From a virus (Duplodnaviria; Caudoviricetes), in the IMG/VR virus record IMGVR_UViG_3300020042_002633, positions 1 to 31,825 of that record: a DNA stretch of 31,825 nt. One strand, written 5' to 3'. Shown here in pieces: positions 1 to 5,980 of the stretch. The notes under the pieces were generated by a model, which saw only the letters and a list, made by a program, of their open reading frames with translations, had not been told where the DNA came from and did not search any database. Position 1 is the stretch's first letter, and every line of letters begins with the position of its first letter. The translations under genes and the position numbers were made by a program.

Positions 1-722
1 AAATCCCGTCCATGCTCTACACCGGAGGCAAAGACTACAGTCTTTCTTGGCCCACCAAATATTTGGTTGGTCTTATTAATCCACTCATCAACTATGTCGC
101 CGGTAATCTTCATGCCACGGGTGCTTGCCTCGTCCTGCGACCATTCCCCGGCAACCTTTGCGGCTCCGTCCATGTCAATCTCTTTGGATATAAAGATCTT
201 GAGCGGAACCAGCCATTTATCCTCGATAAGCTCTCCGGTAGGCTTAGCCCCCACTACGTTGGTGTAGGTGTCTCCTAGGCCGGTTGTGAAGGGCGTAGCA
301 GTCAAGCCAATGACGCGGATCTCTGGGTTGTCTTGGATGTACTGGATGATCTGCTTGCGCTGGACATGGCACTCATCAATTATCAGGAGGCTAACATCTG
401 GGAAGTCTGAGCGGCTCTCCAGAGTCTGTGCGCTGCAGACCTGGATCCTCTCGTAGGGGCGGTATCGCCAATGACCTGCCTGCATGACGCCGTGGGGGAC
501 GCCGTACTTAGACAGGCGCGTACTGGTTTGGTTGACCAACACAATCCTGTCCAGAACCATCGCTACCTTGGTTCCTTTCTTGGCTTCCTCCATCATCATG
601 TGCATCGCTACTTCAGTTTTTCCAAAACCTGTAGGCGCGTACAAGAGTTGGCAGCGGTGCTGTAAAAAACCTTGGTCGAGTTTGCTCACAACATCCGCTT
701 GATGCGGTCTTAAATTGATCAT
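1..722 (-). CDS. Superfamily II DNA helicase (DExH type), 3' end outside the window
   Basis: Absent from the ORF track and translated by hand from the ATG at 722: MINLRPHQADVV...YAPTGFGKTE (Q motif and Walker A), LIIDECH (motif II), IGLTATP (motif III). SD AGGAG at 728-732. Confidence 0.93.
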   Translation of the reverse strand, partial: MINLRPHQADVVSKLDQGFLQHRCQLLYAPTGFGKTEVAMHMMMEEAKKGTKVAMVLDRIVLVNQTSTRLSKYGVPHGVMQAGHWRYRPYERIQVCSAQTLESRSDFPDVSLLIIDECHVQRKQIIQYIQDNPEIRVIGLTATPFTTGLGDTYTNVVGAKPTGELIEDKWLVPLKIFISKEIDMDGAAKVAGEWSQDEASTRGMKITGDIVDEWINKTNQIFGGPRKTVVFASGVEHGRD

Positions 723-758
723 GCTATCTCCTGCTGGGAAACCGCCCAGCTTCGGTGT

Positions 759-1559
759 TTACTTCTCTGCCTTCTTTTTCCAATAGTTGATCTGCTTGAG
801 CATCTCAGCGTTCTTGGACATGAACTCGTCCCGACTTTGGGTCATGGACTGTAACCGTGCTTCCAGGTCTTTAACCTGTTCGCGCAGTGAATCAATCGTC
901 TGCTGCACTTCCGCTTTTGCCTCTTCTGATACAGGCATAGACCCGACTGCAAGCAAATCTTTGAGCTTGGTATTCTCTTCTGAGATAACGCCAAACTCTG
1001 TTGCGAGCTCATTTATTTTGTCATCATCATCCGGCTCTTCATAGGCTGGTTCTATCTTGGCTCTCCTGCCAATGTTGGTAGTGTCTCGGCGCTTTCCATC
1101 TTTGCCAATGGTAGAGTTCTTCTCCAGGCCAAGCGCCTTGCGAACTCTGGATACGGTCTTACTGCTTATGCTGCAAATCTCACCTAGTTGGTTGTCTGAC
1201 AACTCTCCTAGCTCCATATCCTCTAAAGCCAACTGGACTACATAGCGCGCTTCCTCTGGGCTGCGCTGTTTGCCGTGATTGGCATTGGCCTTCAATGAGG
1301 CGAGCCAAGCATCGCGCTTAGTTCCCTTGATGACATTGGCATAGATCTCTTTGTAACCCGCCTGCTTGTGAGAGTGGTAGCGGTGGAAGCCGTCAGAGAG
1401 CCAATAGAACTTGCCATCAAAATACAGATCCACATTTGGAAACTGCACCCCATCTAGGAGACACTCCTTGTAGTGCTGGACAAGAGTAGTGTCCAACTCC
1501 TTGCGTGGCTGAGTTCCACCATCCAGGCGGATTCTTTCTAGAGAAATTTTTTCAGTCAT
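759..1559 (-). CDS. ParB/Srx-like N-terminal domain protein with HTH and C-terminal coiled coil
   Basis: TQPR box and LSDGFHRY (GxxR) motif; HTH-like LSDNQLGEICSISSKTVSRVRKAL; heptad-rich C-terminus. Confidence 0.82.
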   Translation of the reverse strand: MTEKISLERIRLDGGTQPRKELDTTLVQHYKECLLDGVQFPNVDLYFDGKFYWLSDGFHRYHSHKQAGYKEIYANVIKGTKRDAWLASLKANANHGKQRSPEEARYVVQLALEDMELGELSDNQLGEICSISSKTVSRVRKALGLEKNSTIGKDGKRRDTTNIGRRAKIEPAYEEPDDDDKINELATEFGVISEENTKLKDLLAVGSMPVSEEAKAEVQQTIDSLREQVKDLEARLQSMTQSRDEFMSKNAEMLKQINYWKKKAEK

Positions 1560-1722
1560 TTTTTTCCTTGATTAGTTTTCTAACTTGCACCATTGCGTCT
1601 TTGAGATCACCTTGCAATTGCATGATTGCCTCTTGCTGATCCTGCATCCTTCTATAGGATTCCTCTGCAAACTTGGCTAAATTTTCATTACTCCAAGCTG
1701 CGAAGTTGGGGAGACTGTTCAT
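1552..1722 (-). CDS. Small coiled-coil hypothetical protein (56 aa, MNSLPNFAAWSNENLAKF...)
   Basis: Start reassigned to the ATG at 1722 behind a GGAGAAAGAAG purine tract; its end overlaps the start of the ParB-like gene. Confidence 0.75.
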   Translation of the reverse strand: MNSLPNFAAWSNENLAKFAEESYRRMQDQQEAIMQLQGDLKDAMVQVRKLIKEKND

Positions 1723-1909
1723 CTTCTTTCTCCATATTTCTTTTAGGCAAAGGCAACCAGCCAATGCACCATGTAGCGCCCCAGTACCCTACCGTGCAGA
1801 TACCGCCTTTAGATAGTAAAAGCACTTTAGTACCTAGCGGTGGTGATGCGTCCCCAGCATGGGGGTACAGGAACTCTTGTCCTCCGGCAAAGTAGCGCTG
1901 CTCAACCAC
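1688..1909 (-). CDS. Hypothetical protein, DUF551-like
   Basis: GTG start with GGGGAG SD. The PPLGTKVLLL...GWLPLP pattern resembles DUF551-like phage proteins. Confidence 0.7.
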   Translation of the reverse strand: MVEQRYFAGGQEFLYPHAGDASPPLGTKVLLLSKGGICTVGYWGATWCIGWLPLPKRNMEKEDEQSPQLRSLE

Positions 1910-1943
1910 GGCTCCCCCTTGCTCTATTTTTTACTCTGGTCAT
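1902..1943 (-). CDS. Possible 13-aa minigene (MTRVKNRARGSRG)
   Basis: AAGGAG SD, ATGA overlap with the upstream stop, and its own stop lies just inside the next gene. Confidence 0.3.
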   Translation of the reverse strand: MTRVKNRARGSRG

Positions 1944-2383
1944 TTTGTTTTTCTCCTTGAGCCTTTCATGGTATTCCAATCGGTATCGGAATTGCGGTTG
2001 CTATATGCAAGTGTGCTCATGCCTACTTTGAGGCGGTTTCTTTTATATCGGCCCTTCTCGTTATCCATTTCTTTGTCCGGGTTTGTGTTCGTCGTAGAGA
2101 CATCGTAGTTTGATGTTTGCAACTTTTTTAAAAGCAATACATCTTTTTCGGGTGGTTGATCCCATAAACGTGCGCTGATTTTTTCCAGACGCGCCGCCAT
2201 ATAAGCGCGGACATAAAGACCCCACGGCACACCCTTTGGCGGTACACGCAACAACGGTTCATCCATTTCCCAAAAATCTTTGCCAACAATGCTTTTGAAC
2301 ATCCGTATTGCATCAAACAGTTGGCCGTGGTTGCGCCATGTTTTGATAAGACAAGCATCCCAGTATTCTTGTGGCGTGCTCAT
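1940..2383 (-). CDS. Hypothetical protein (147 aa, MSTPQEYWDACLIKTW...)
   Basis: The ATG at 2383 forms an ATGA overlap with the stop of 2380-2634. Confidence 0.75.
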   Translation of the reverse strand: MSTPQEYWDACLIKTWRNHGQLFDAIRMFKSIVGKDFWEMDEPLLRVPPKGVPWGLYVRAYMAARLEKISARLWDQPPEKDVLLLKKLQTSNYDVSTTNTNPDKEMDNEKGRYKRNRLKVGMSTLAYSNRNSDTDWNTMKGSRRKTK

Positions 2384-2634
2384 GCTTGTCCCCTTGCTCG
2401 GATGGCAATTTCTATCTCGTAACATTTGTCTAGTGCAAAATCATCAGGTCTTGTTGCATTAGCGACTTTTCTAGCAATTTTTGCACACGCCTCACGCTCG
2501 TCGGCACGGATGAGGGCTTCAAAGGATTTGAGTTCTTCGGTGTAATCGCCGTCTCGGTCAAAGCCGTGGATTTTTCCTTTAGTGATCATCGTTTCAAAGC
2601 CTGCTTCACGGGCCATGTCTATCGTGGTTTTCAT
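2380..2634 (-). CDS. Phage hypothetical protein (MAREAG...EREACAK...AIRARG type)
   Basis: AAGGAG SD, ATGA coupling at both ends, and motifs recurrent in small phage proteins. Confidence 0.85.
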   Translation of the reverse strand: MKTTIDMAREAGFETMITKGKIHGFDRDGDYTEELKSFEALIRADEREACAKIARKVANATRPDDFALDKCYEIEIAIRARGQA

Positions 2635-2903
2635 GTGTTCTTCTCCTTGAGTTTGGCCTGCACCGCCCGTCCAAATATCACCTGCCCTTGCGGCATTGGC
2701 GCGCCTCGGTGTACGTTTACCGTTTCATAGTAGATGGTCTCTATTTGCGAATCCCTTAAGTCTACCCACGGGCGCTGTGCCTTTGTTTGCCAGTAATGCA
2801 CATCACAAAAACCGCCTTGGTCAATGCCATCCTTGTATAAATTAAATTGGTAGCTGCCACAATTCCAATCGCCGCATTTAAACGTGCATCTCCGCTCAGC
2901 CAT
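2631..2903 (-). CDS. Hypothetical protein with Cys-rich N-terminus and RPW...KLKEKN module
   Basis: AAGGAG SD; four Cys plus His in the N-terminal half; C-terminal module shared with 2896-3207. Confidence 0.8.
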   Translation of the reverse strand: MAERRCTFKCGDWNCGSYQFNLYKDGIDQGGFCDVHYWQTKAQRPWVDLRDSQIETIYYETVNVHRGAPMPQGQVIFGRAVQAKLKEKNT

Positions 2904-3207
2904 AGTTCTTCTCCTTCAAGGCGGCTTCAATGGCTCGGGCAAAAAGAAATCCTACCGTTTCTTTTTGTGGTCGATCATTGGGCGCTAATTTCATTTGATT
3001 TAAATCGCAGTAAAGTTGTGACCAAGTGGTTTTAATCTCCTCCTCCGTTAGCCCCGCCCACGGGCGCTTTTTCTTTCCGTCGTAAAGCCCGCTCATGTAA
3101 GCAATGGTCAGCTCGTCCGACTCCTGCGCTGGCTGTGCGTAGACTTGAATGTCGTCGTCATCTAGTCTGTCTAACGCAATTCTGCGCTTGCTTGTGTATC
3201 CAGTCAT
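2896..3207 (-). CDS. Hypothetical protein with RPWxGLTEEE...FARAIEAALKEKN module
   Basis: ATGA coupling with 3204-3368; module shared with the neighbouring gene. Confidence 0.8.
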   Translation of the reverse strand: MTGYTSKRRIALDRLDDDDIQVYAQPAQESDELTIAYMSGLYDGKKKRPWAGLTEEEIKTTWSQLYCDLNQMKLAPNDRPQKETVGFLFARAIEAALKEKNYG

Positions 3208-3368
3208 AACTCATCCTTCCAGCCCCAGCCAAGTAGCTGCTCGGTGTTTTTGATCTGCTCATCCGTTGGCTTGTAGTACATAGCGAACTTTGTGTGCGGA
3301 GTTCCTTGCGGGTACAGCACCCAATAGCCGACAGGCTTTGGTGGTTGAATAATTGTGTATCCAGTCAT
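3204..3368 (-). CDS. Hypothetical protein (54 aa, MTGYTIIQPPKPVGYW...)
   Basis: AAGGAGG SD, ATG at 3368, ATGA overlaps at both ends. Confidence 0.75.
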   Translation of the reverse strand: MTGYTIIQPPKPVGYWVLYPQGTPHTKFAMYYKPTDEQIKNTEQLLGWGWKDEL

Positions 3369-3610
3369 TTCTTCCTCCTTGTGGGTTGAGGGCAATCTTC
3401 TGGTGGAACAACTACGCACCAGATAGCCTGATAGGGTCGGCTCTGACCTGCCTCAGTCCACCTATCAACATAGGTGTCAGGCATTGAAGTAAGTGCAGCC
3501 GCAATGGAACTCTTTTGGGCTGCTAGGCGATCTGCGAGCTCGGCAACGGTACAGCCGTCTTCTTCTTTACGCAGGATTGCTCGGATAAGGATGGGCCATT
3601 TCGGGCTCAT
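3365..3610 (-). CDS. Hypothetical protein, possible winged-HTH (81 aa, MSPKWPILIRAIL...)
   Basis: The ATG at 3610 overlaps the stop of 3607-3777. CTVAELADRL...SIAAAL looks HTH-like. Confidence 0.7.
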   Translation of the reverse strand: MSPKWPILIRAILRKEEDGCTVAELADRLAAQKSSIAAALTSMPDTYVDRWTEAGQSRPYQAIWCVVVPPEDCPQPTRRKK

Positions 3611-3777
3611 ATCATCACCCGATACCAAATAAAGCCGAACGTGAAGCACATGACGGCGATGACGCCGATGACAACAGCTAGGGTAACGATCCCCTCCATG
3701 ACATCCCAAAACAAATCGCGCTCTTTCAGCCTGCAAATGCAAGTACGGCCTTGGTCGCAGTTGTTGTTACAGATCAT
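3607..3777 (-). CDS. Small membrane protein with N-terminal Cys cluster (56 aa)
   Basis: Below the ORF-track cutoff. Hand translation: MICNNCDQGRTCICRLKERDLFWDVMEGIVTLAVVIGVIAVMCFTFGFIWYRVMI. GGAGG SD and ATGA overlaps at both ends. Confidence 0.8.
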   Translation of the reverse strand: MICNNNCDQGRTCICRLKERDLFWDVMEGIVTLAVVIGVIAVMCFTFGFIWYRVMI

Positions 3778-4109
3778 TTCACACCTCCCAGCTTCTCAGC
3801 CTTCCTTCTAGCGTAGCTGGCGCGGGCGTACTCTCGCGTCTTGGCTTTCTTGAACTCTCCCATAGTCATAGTTGCAACTGGGTTGGGGTTCTGTGTGCAT
3901 AGTTCCTGCAGGCGAGTCTCCAAGGCTGAGAGCCAATGGGATTGCACCGCGAGCTTGTGTTTTAGTTCTGCGAGGCCAACAACTAAGTCGCTGTTACGGT
4001 TGACTTCAGAGCTGAGTAGGCGCTCCAGCTCGGCTATGCGCCCGTAAAAGTTCCATTTTGTTTTTTGTTTAAAAGGGCTCCAGTCCATTTCGTCTCCTTG
4101 TGAGTTCAT
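3774..4109 (-). CDS. Coiled-coil hypothetical protein with basic C-terminus; two possible starts (4109, 4088)
   Basis: Each start has an identical CACAAGGAGACGAAATG initiation region. Confidence 0.75.
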   Translation of the reverse strand: MNSQGDEMDWSPFKQKTKWNFYGRIAELERLLSSEVNRNSDLVVGLAELKHKLAVQSHWLSALETRLQELCTQNPNPVATMTMGEFKKAKTREYARASYARRKAEKLGGVK

Positions 4110-4123
4110 TTCGTCTCCTTGTG
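4086..4123. repeat. Tandem 17-bp direct repeat (period 21) containing SD and ATG
   Basis: catttcgtctccttgtg at 4086-4102 and 4107-4123. Confidence 0.9.
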
Positions 4124-4300
4124 TTGCGCGATGTGAGCTTCCAGGCGTTTGATCCTGGCGTTGTTGTAGTCAACTATGGACTTGGCATAGTCCACAGCTG
4201 TCTCTGCCTCTAGCTTAGCTAGGTGGGCTAGGGCCAATTCCCTAGTGATCATCTCTAGCGCCGTAGGTTGGCGGTAGCGTTCTTTCAAGTAACTAATCAT
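4106..4300 (-). CDS. Helical hypothetical protein (64 aa, MISYLKERYRQPTALEM...)
   Basis: AAAGGAG SD before the ATG at 4300; first gene after the 4319-4348 promoter. Confidence 0.8.
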   Translation of the reverse strand: MISYLKERYRQPTALEMITRELALAHLAKLEAETAVDYAKSIVDYNNARIKRLEAHIAQHKETK

Positions 4301-4318
4301 CTTGTCTCCTTTGTCTAA

Positions 4319-4348
4319 ATCATAGCACATGAATTCTAGCAATGTCAA
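4319..4348 (-). promoter_or_regulatory. Sigma70-type promoter for the leftward operon
   Basis: TTGACA (4348-4343), 18-nt spacer, TATGAT (4324-4319) with an extended TGn, directly upstream of an SD and ATG. Confidence 0.75.
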
Positions 4349-4370
4349 CTGTTATATCATCATTGCCGAG

Positions 4371-4399
4371 CCCTCTTACCCGTTGACCCTCCCTCCCCC
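4371..4399 (-). other. G-quadruplex consensus motif
   Basis: The minus strand reads GGGGG-A-GGG-A-GGG-TCAAC-GGG-TAAGA-GGG. Confidence 0.55.
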
Positions 4400-4690
4400 T
4401 GGCTGTTACGGCTGTTGGGGCTAGGGACAATCTACGACTCTTTATCAAGATGCGGATGACTGGTTTTTACACAGTCTACGGCAGGCCATGCCGCCCTCCC
4501 CTGGAATCCCGATGAAGCTAGTTCTCACCAGCTAGTCGATCATATCCCAGCGTACTTGGGTTTGTACCATTTCTGGCAATCTTGTTTATTCCTTTTGGCT
4601 TGCGCTACTTCGGAGGTGCGGGTCACACCGAGGTTCTGTCTTTTCTTCCACGCTGGCGATACAACCACTTACTACGGATGGAGTCCGGTG

Positions 4691-4794
4691 GTCGTGGAAA
4701 ACGAAAAAAGCCGTTAACCATGCACTGAGTGGAAACCTCCCAGTAGGAGGCCAATGCATGAGTAACGGCTTTCATAGTTGCTTTCCACGACAAC
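4691..4794 (-). ncRNA. Structured leader RNA with nested hairpins and a terminator-like U-tract
   Basis: Complementary arms at 4691-4700/4782-4791, 4707-4716/4763-4772, 4719-4724/4755-4760 and 4736-4740/4746-4750. G-U wobbles work only on the minus strand, and a U6 run follows the stem. Confidence 0.65.
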
Positions 4795-4801
4795 AGTGCT
4801 A

Positions 4802-4846
4802 ACTATACACGAATTCCTGCGCGTGCAAGAACTTTTTTTAAAATTT
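4802..4846 (-). promoter_or_regulatory. Probable promoter for the structured leader
   Basis: AT-rich UP-like tract at 4831-4846, TTGCAC (4828-4823) and TATAGT (4807-4802). The spacer is only 15 nt. Confidence 0.45.
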
Positions 4847-5000
4847 GTTGGTGGTGGGTGCTGATTTCCCACTAGTGCATAAAGGTGACCAATAGCATGA
4901 AGGCATGGACAACGGGTTCTGCGCATTCACCAACACGGCTGGGGACTGCCTTGCAAGGATGGTTCTAGTAACGGCGAACCACAATCCCCATGCGTGTTGG
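4847..5000 (-). ncRNA. Multi-stem structured RNA-like element
   Basis: Arms at 4930-4937/4993-5000, 4941-4948/4982-4989 (U-G pair on the minus strand), 4960-4965/4976-4981, 4854-4858/4868-4872 and 4847-4853/4928-4934. Confidence 0.6.
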
Positions 5001-5001
5001 A

Positions 5002-5021
5002 ACTAAGACAGGTGTCTTAGT
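5002..5021. promoter_or_regulatory. Palindromic operator/parS-like site ACTAAGACA-GG-TGTCTTAGT
   Basis: Perfect 9-bp inverted repeat with a 2-bp spacer; near-identical copies at 19789-19808 and 19810-19833. Confidence 0.6.
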
Positions 5022-5022
5022 C

Positions 5023-5050
5023 AAAAAAGCCCCCCAGTTTCCTAGGGGGT
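5023..5050 (-). terminator. Intrinsic terminator
   Basis: The minus strand reads CCCCCTAG-GAAA-CTGGGGGG-C-TTTTTT, downstream of the 5080-5394 gene. Confidence 0.8.
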
Positions 5051-5079
5051 AAATGGCCGTCAAGACCAAGGAGACGAGC

Positions 5080-5394
5080 TTATTCTATCGGAATAATTTT
5101 GACTTGCCAACGGTTGTCCTTCTTTTGCCAACCATGTACCTCTATCTTTATGCCGGAGTCTCGGACGATGCCCAGGTTCTCATGCTCTAGGATCTTCTTT
5201 ACCCTAGCGGATGTGTTAGTCCAGCTAGTGGTCTGTACTCCTATCACCGCATCCTGGCCTAGGCACAAGATGTCTATGAACCCGGCAAAGTCGTTCTTGC
5301 GCTTAGTGAAGGAGTTGTACCGCTCCACCACCTCTGCGTAGAAGCCGTTCTCCCTCATATGCTTGAGGCTCAGCTGGGTCGGGGATGCGGCCAT
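5080..5394 (-). CDS. PD-(D/E)XK-fold nuclease, Holliday junction resolvase-like
   Basis: GFYAEVVE...DFAGFIDILCL...GVQTTS pattern. Start reassigned to the ATG at 5394; no clear SD. Confidence 0.7.
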   Translation of the reverse strand: MAASPTQLSLKHMRENGFYAEVVERYNSFTKRKNDFAGFIDILCLGQDAVIGVQTTSWTNTSARVKKILEHENLGIVRDSGIKIEVHGWQKKDNRWQVKIIPIE

Positions 5395-5415
5395 AAATTT
5401 ATTTTTCGTTAATGC

Positions 5416-5445
5416 TTGCAATACATGATAAGATATGGGTACAAT
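5416..5445 (+). promoter_or_regulatory. Sigma70-type promoter for the rightward operon
   Basis: TTGCAA, 18-nt spacer, TACAAT in the AT-rich divergent gap, upstream of AGGAG and the ATG at 5481. Confidence 0.6.
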
Positions 5446-5480
5446 GTGTTGCCCCACCCTTAATTTTACAGGAGAAAACT

Positions 5481-5690
5481 ATGAAAGAACCAGCGTTTCC
5501 AGAAGGTAGGTATCACGGCATGACCCTGCGCGACTACTTTGCCGCTAAGGCGTTAAGCGCATTACTTGAACAGTACGACTTCACGTTTTTTGCAGAAGAT
5601 GAAGCCAAAAAAGCGGGCGACACTTTTGCGTCTGCTATTGCAAAAGATGCCTACACAATGGCAGACGCCATGATGGAGGCGCGCAAATGA
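5481..5690 (+). CDS. Phage protein of the PAFP...GMTLRDYFAAKA family
   Basis: Signature GMTLRDYFAAKAL...AYTMADAM; AGGAG SD. Confidence 0.88.
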   Translation: MKEPAFPEGRYHGMTLRDYFAAKALSALLEQYDFTFFAEDEAKKAGDTFASAIAKDAYTMADAMMEARK

Positions 5691-5980
5691 AAGAAGACAT
5701 ACAACTCACCAAGATCAACAAAAGCTACAAGGAGATCTGGGGAAAAATTACTGTGCTGCTTAATGAGTGCATTGACGAGCACGGAGAGCTGCTGACCGCC
5801 AATGTGGCGCGAAATCTTGCCATTGAGATGGGCGGGCGGTACATTTTTGCCGCCACCGTAGTATCGCAAGAAGACTTACAGGACGTACTTGAAGTTTTTA
5901 TTTGTTCCGTCCATGAACGCTCCGAGCAATTGATTGAAGACGCCGTGAAGCTTGGCCTTATTAAGGAGGGTGACGAATGA
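5687..5980 (+). CDS. Hypothetical acidic protein
   Basis: GGAGG SD and ATGA overlaps at both ends. Confidence 0.75.
   Translation: MKEDIQLTKINKSYKEIWGKITVLLNECIDEHGELLTANVARNLAIEMGGRYIFAATVVSQEDLQDVLEVFICSVHERSEQLIEDAVKLGLIKEGDE

Noticed and set aside
12-702. Several plus-strand ORFs in the ORF track
   Set aside because: They are antisense shadows of the helicase gene, which carries clear SF2 motifs on the minus strand.
4714-4926. A 70-aa ORF, and a nearby 50-aa ORF (MKAVTHALASYW...) starting at 4775, as possible leader or kil-type genes
   Set aside because: Neither has an SD or protein-like composition, and the sequence is better explained by RNA stems. A leader peptide cannot be fully excluded.
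4847-4934. Possible tRNA gene
   Set aside because: It has a closing stem and a 3' arm but no TTCRA T-loop, D-arm or proper anticodon arm.
5395-5421. Palindromic TTGCAA serving as the -35 box for both divergent promoters
   Set aside because: On the minus strand the best -10 (TAAATT) is only 14 nt away and almost touches the ATG.
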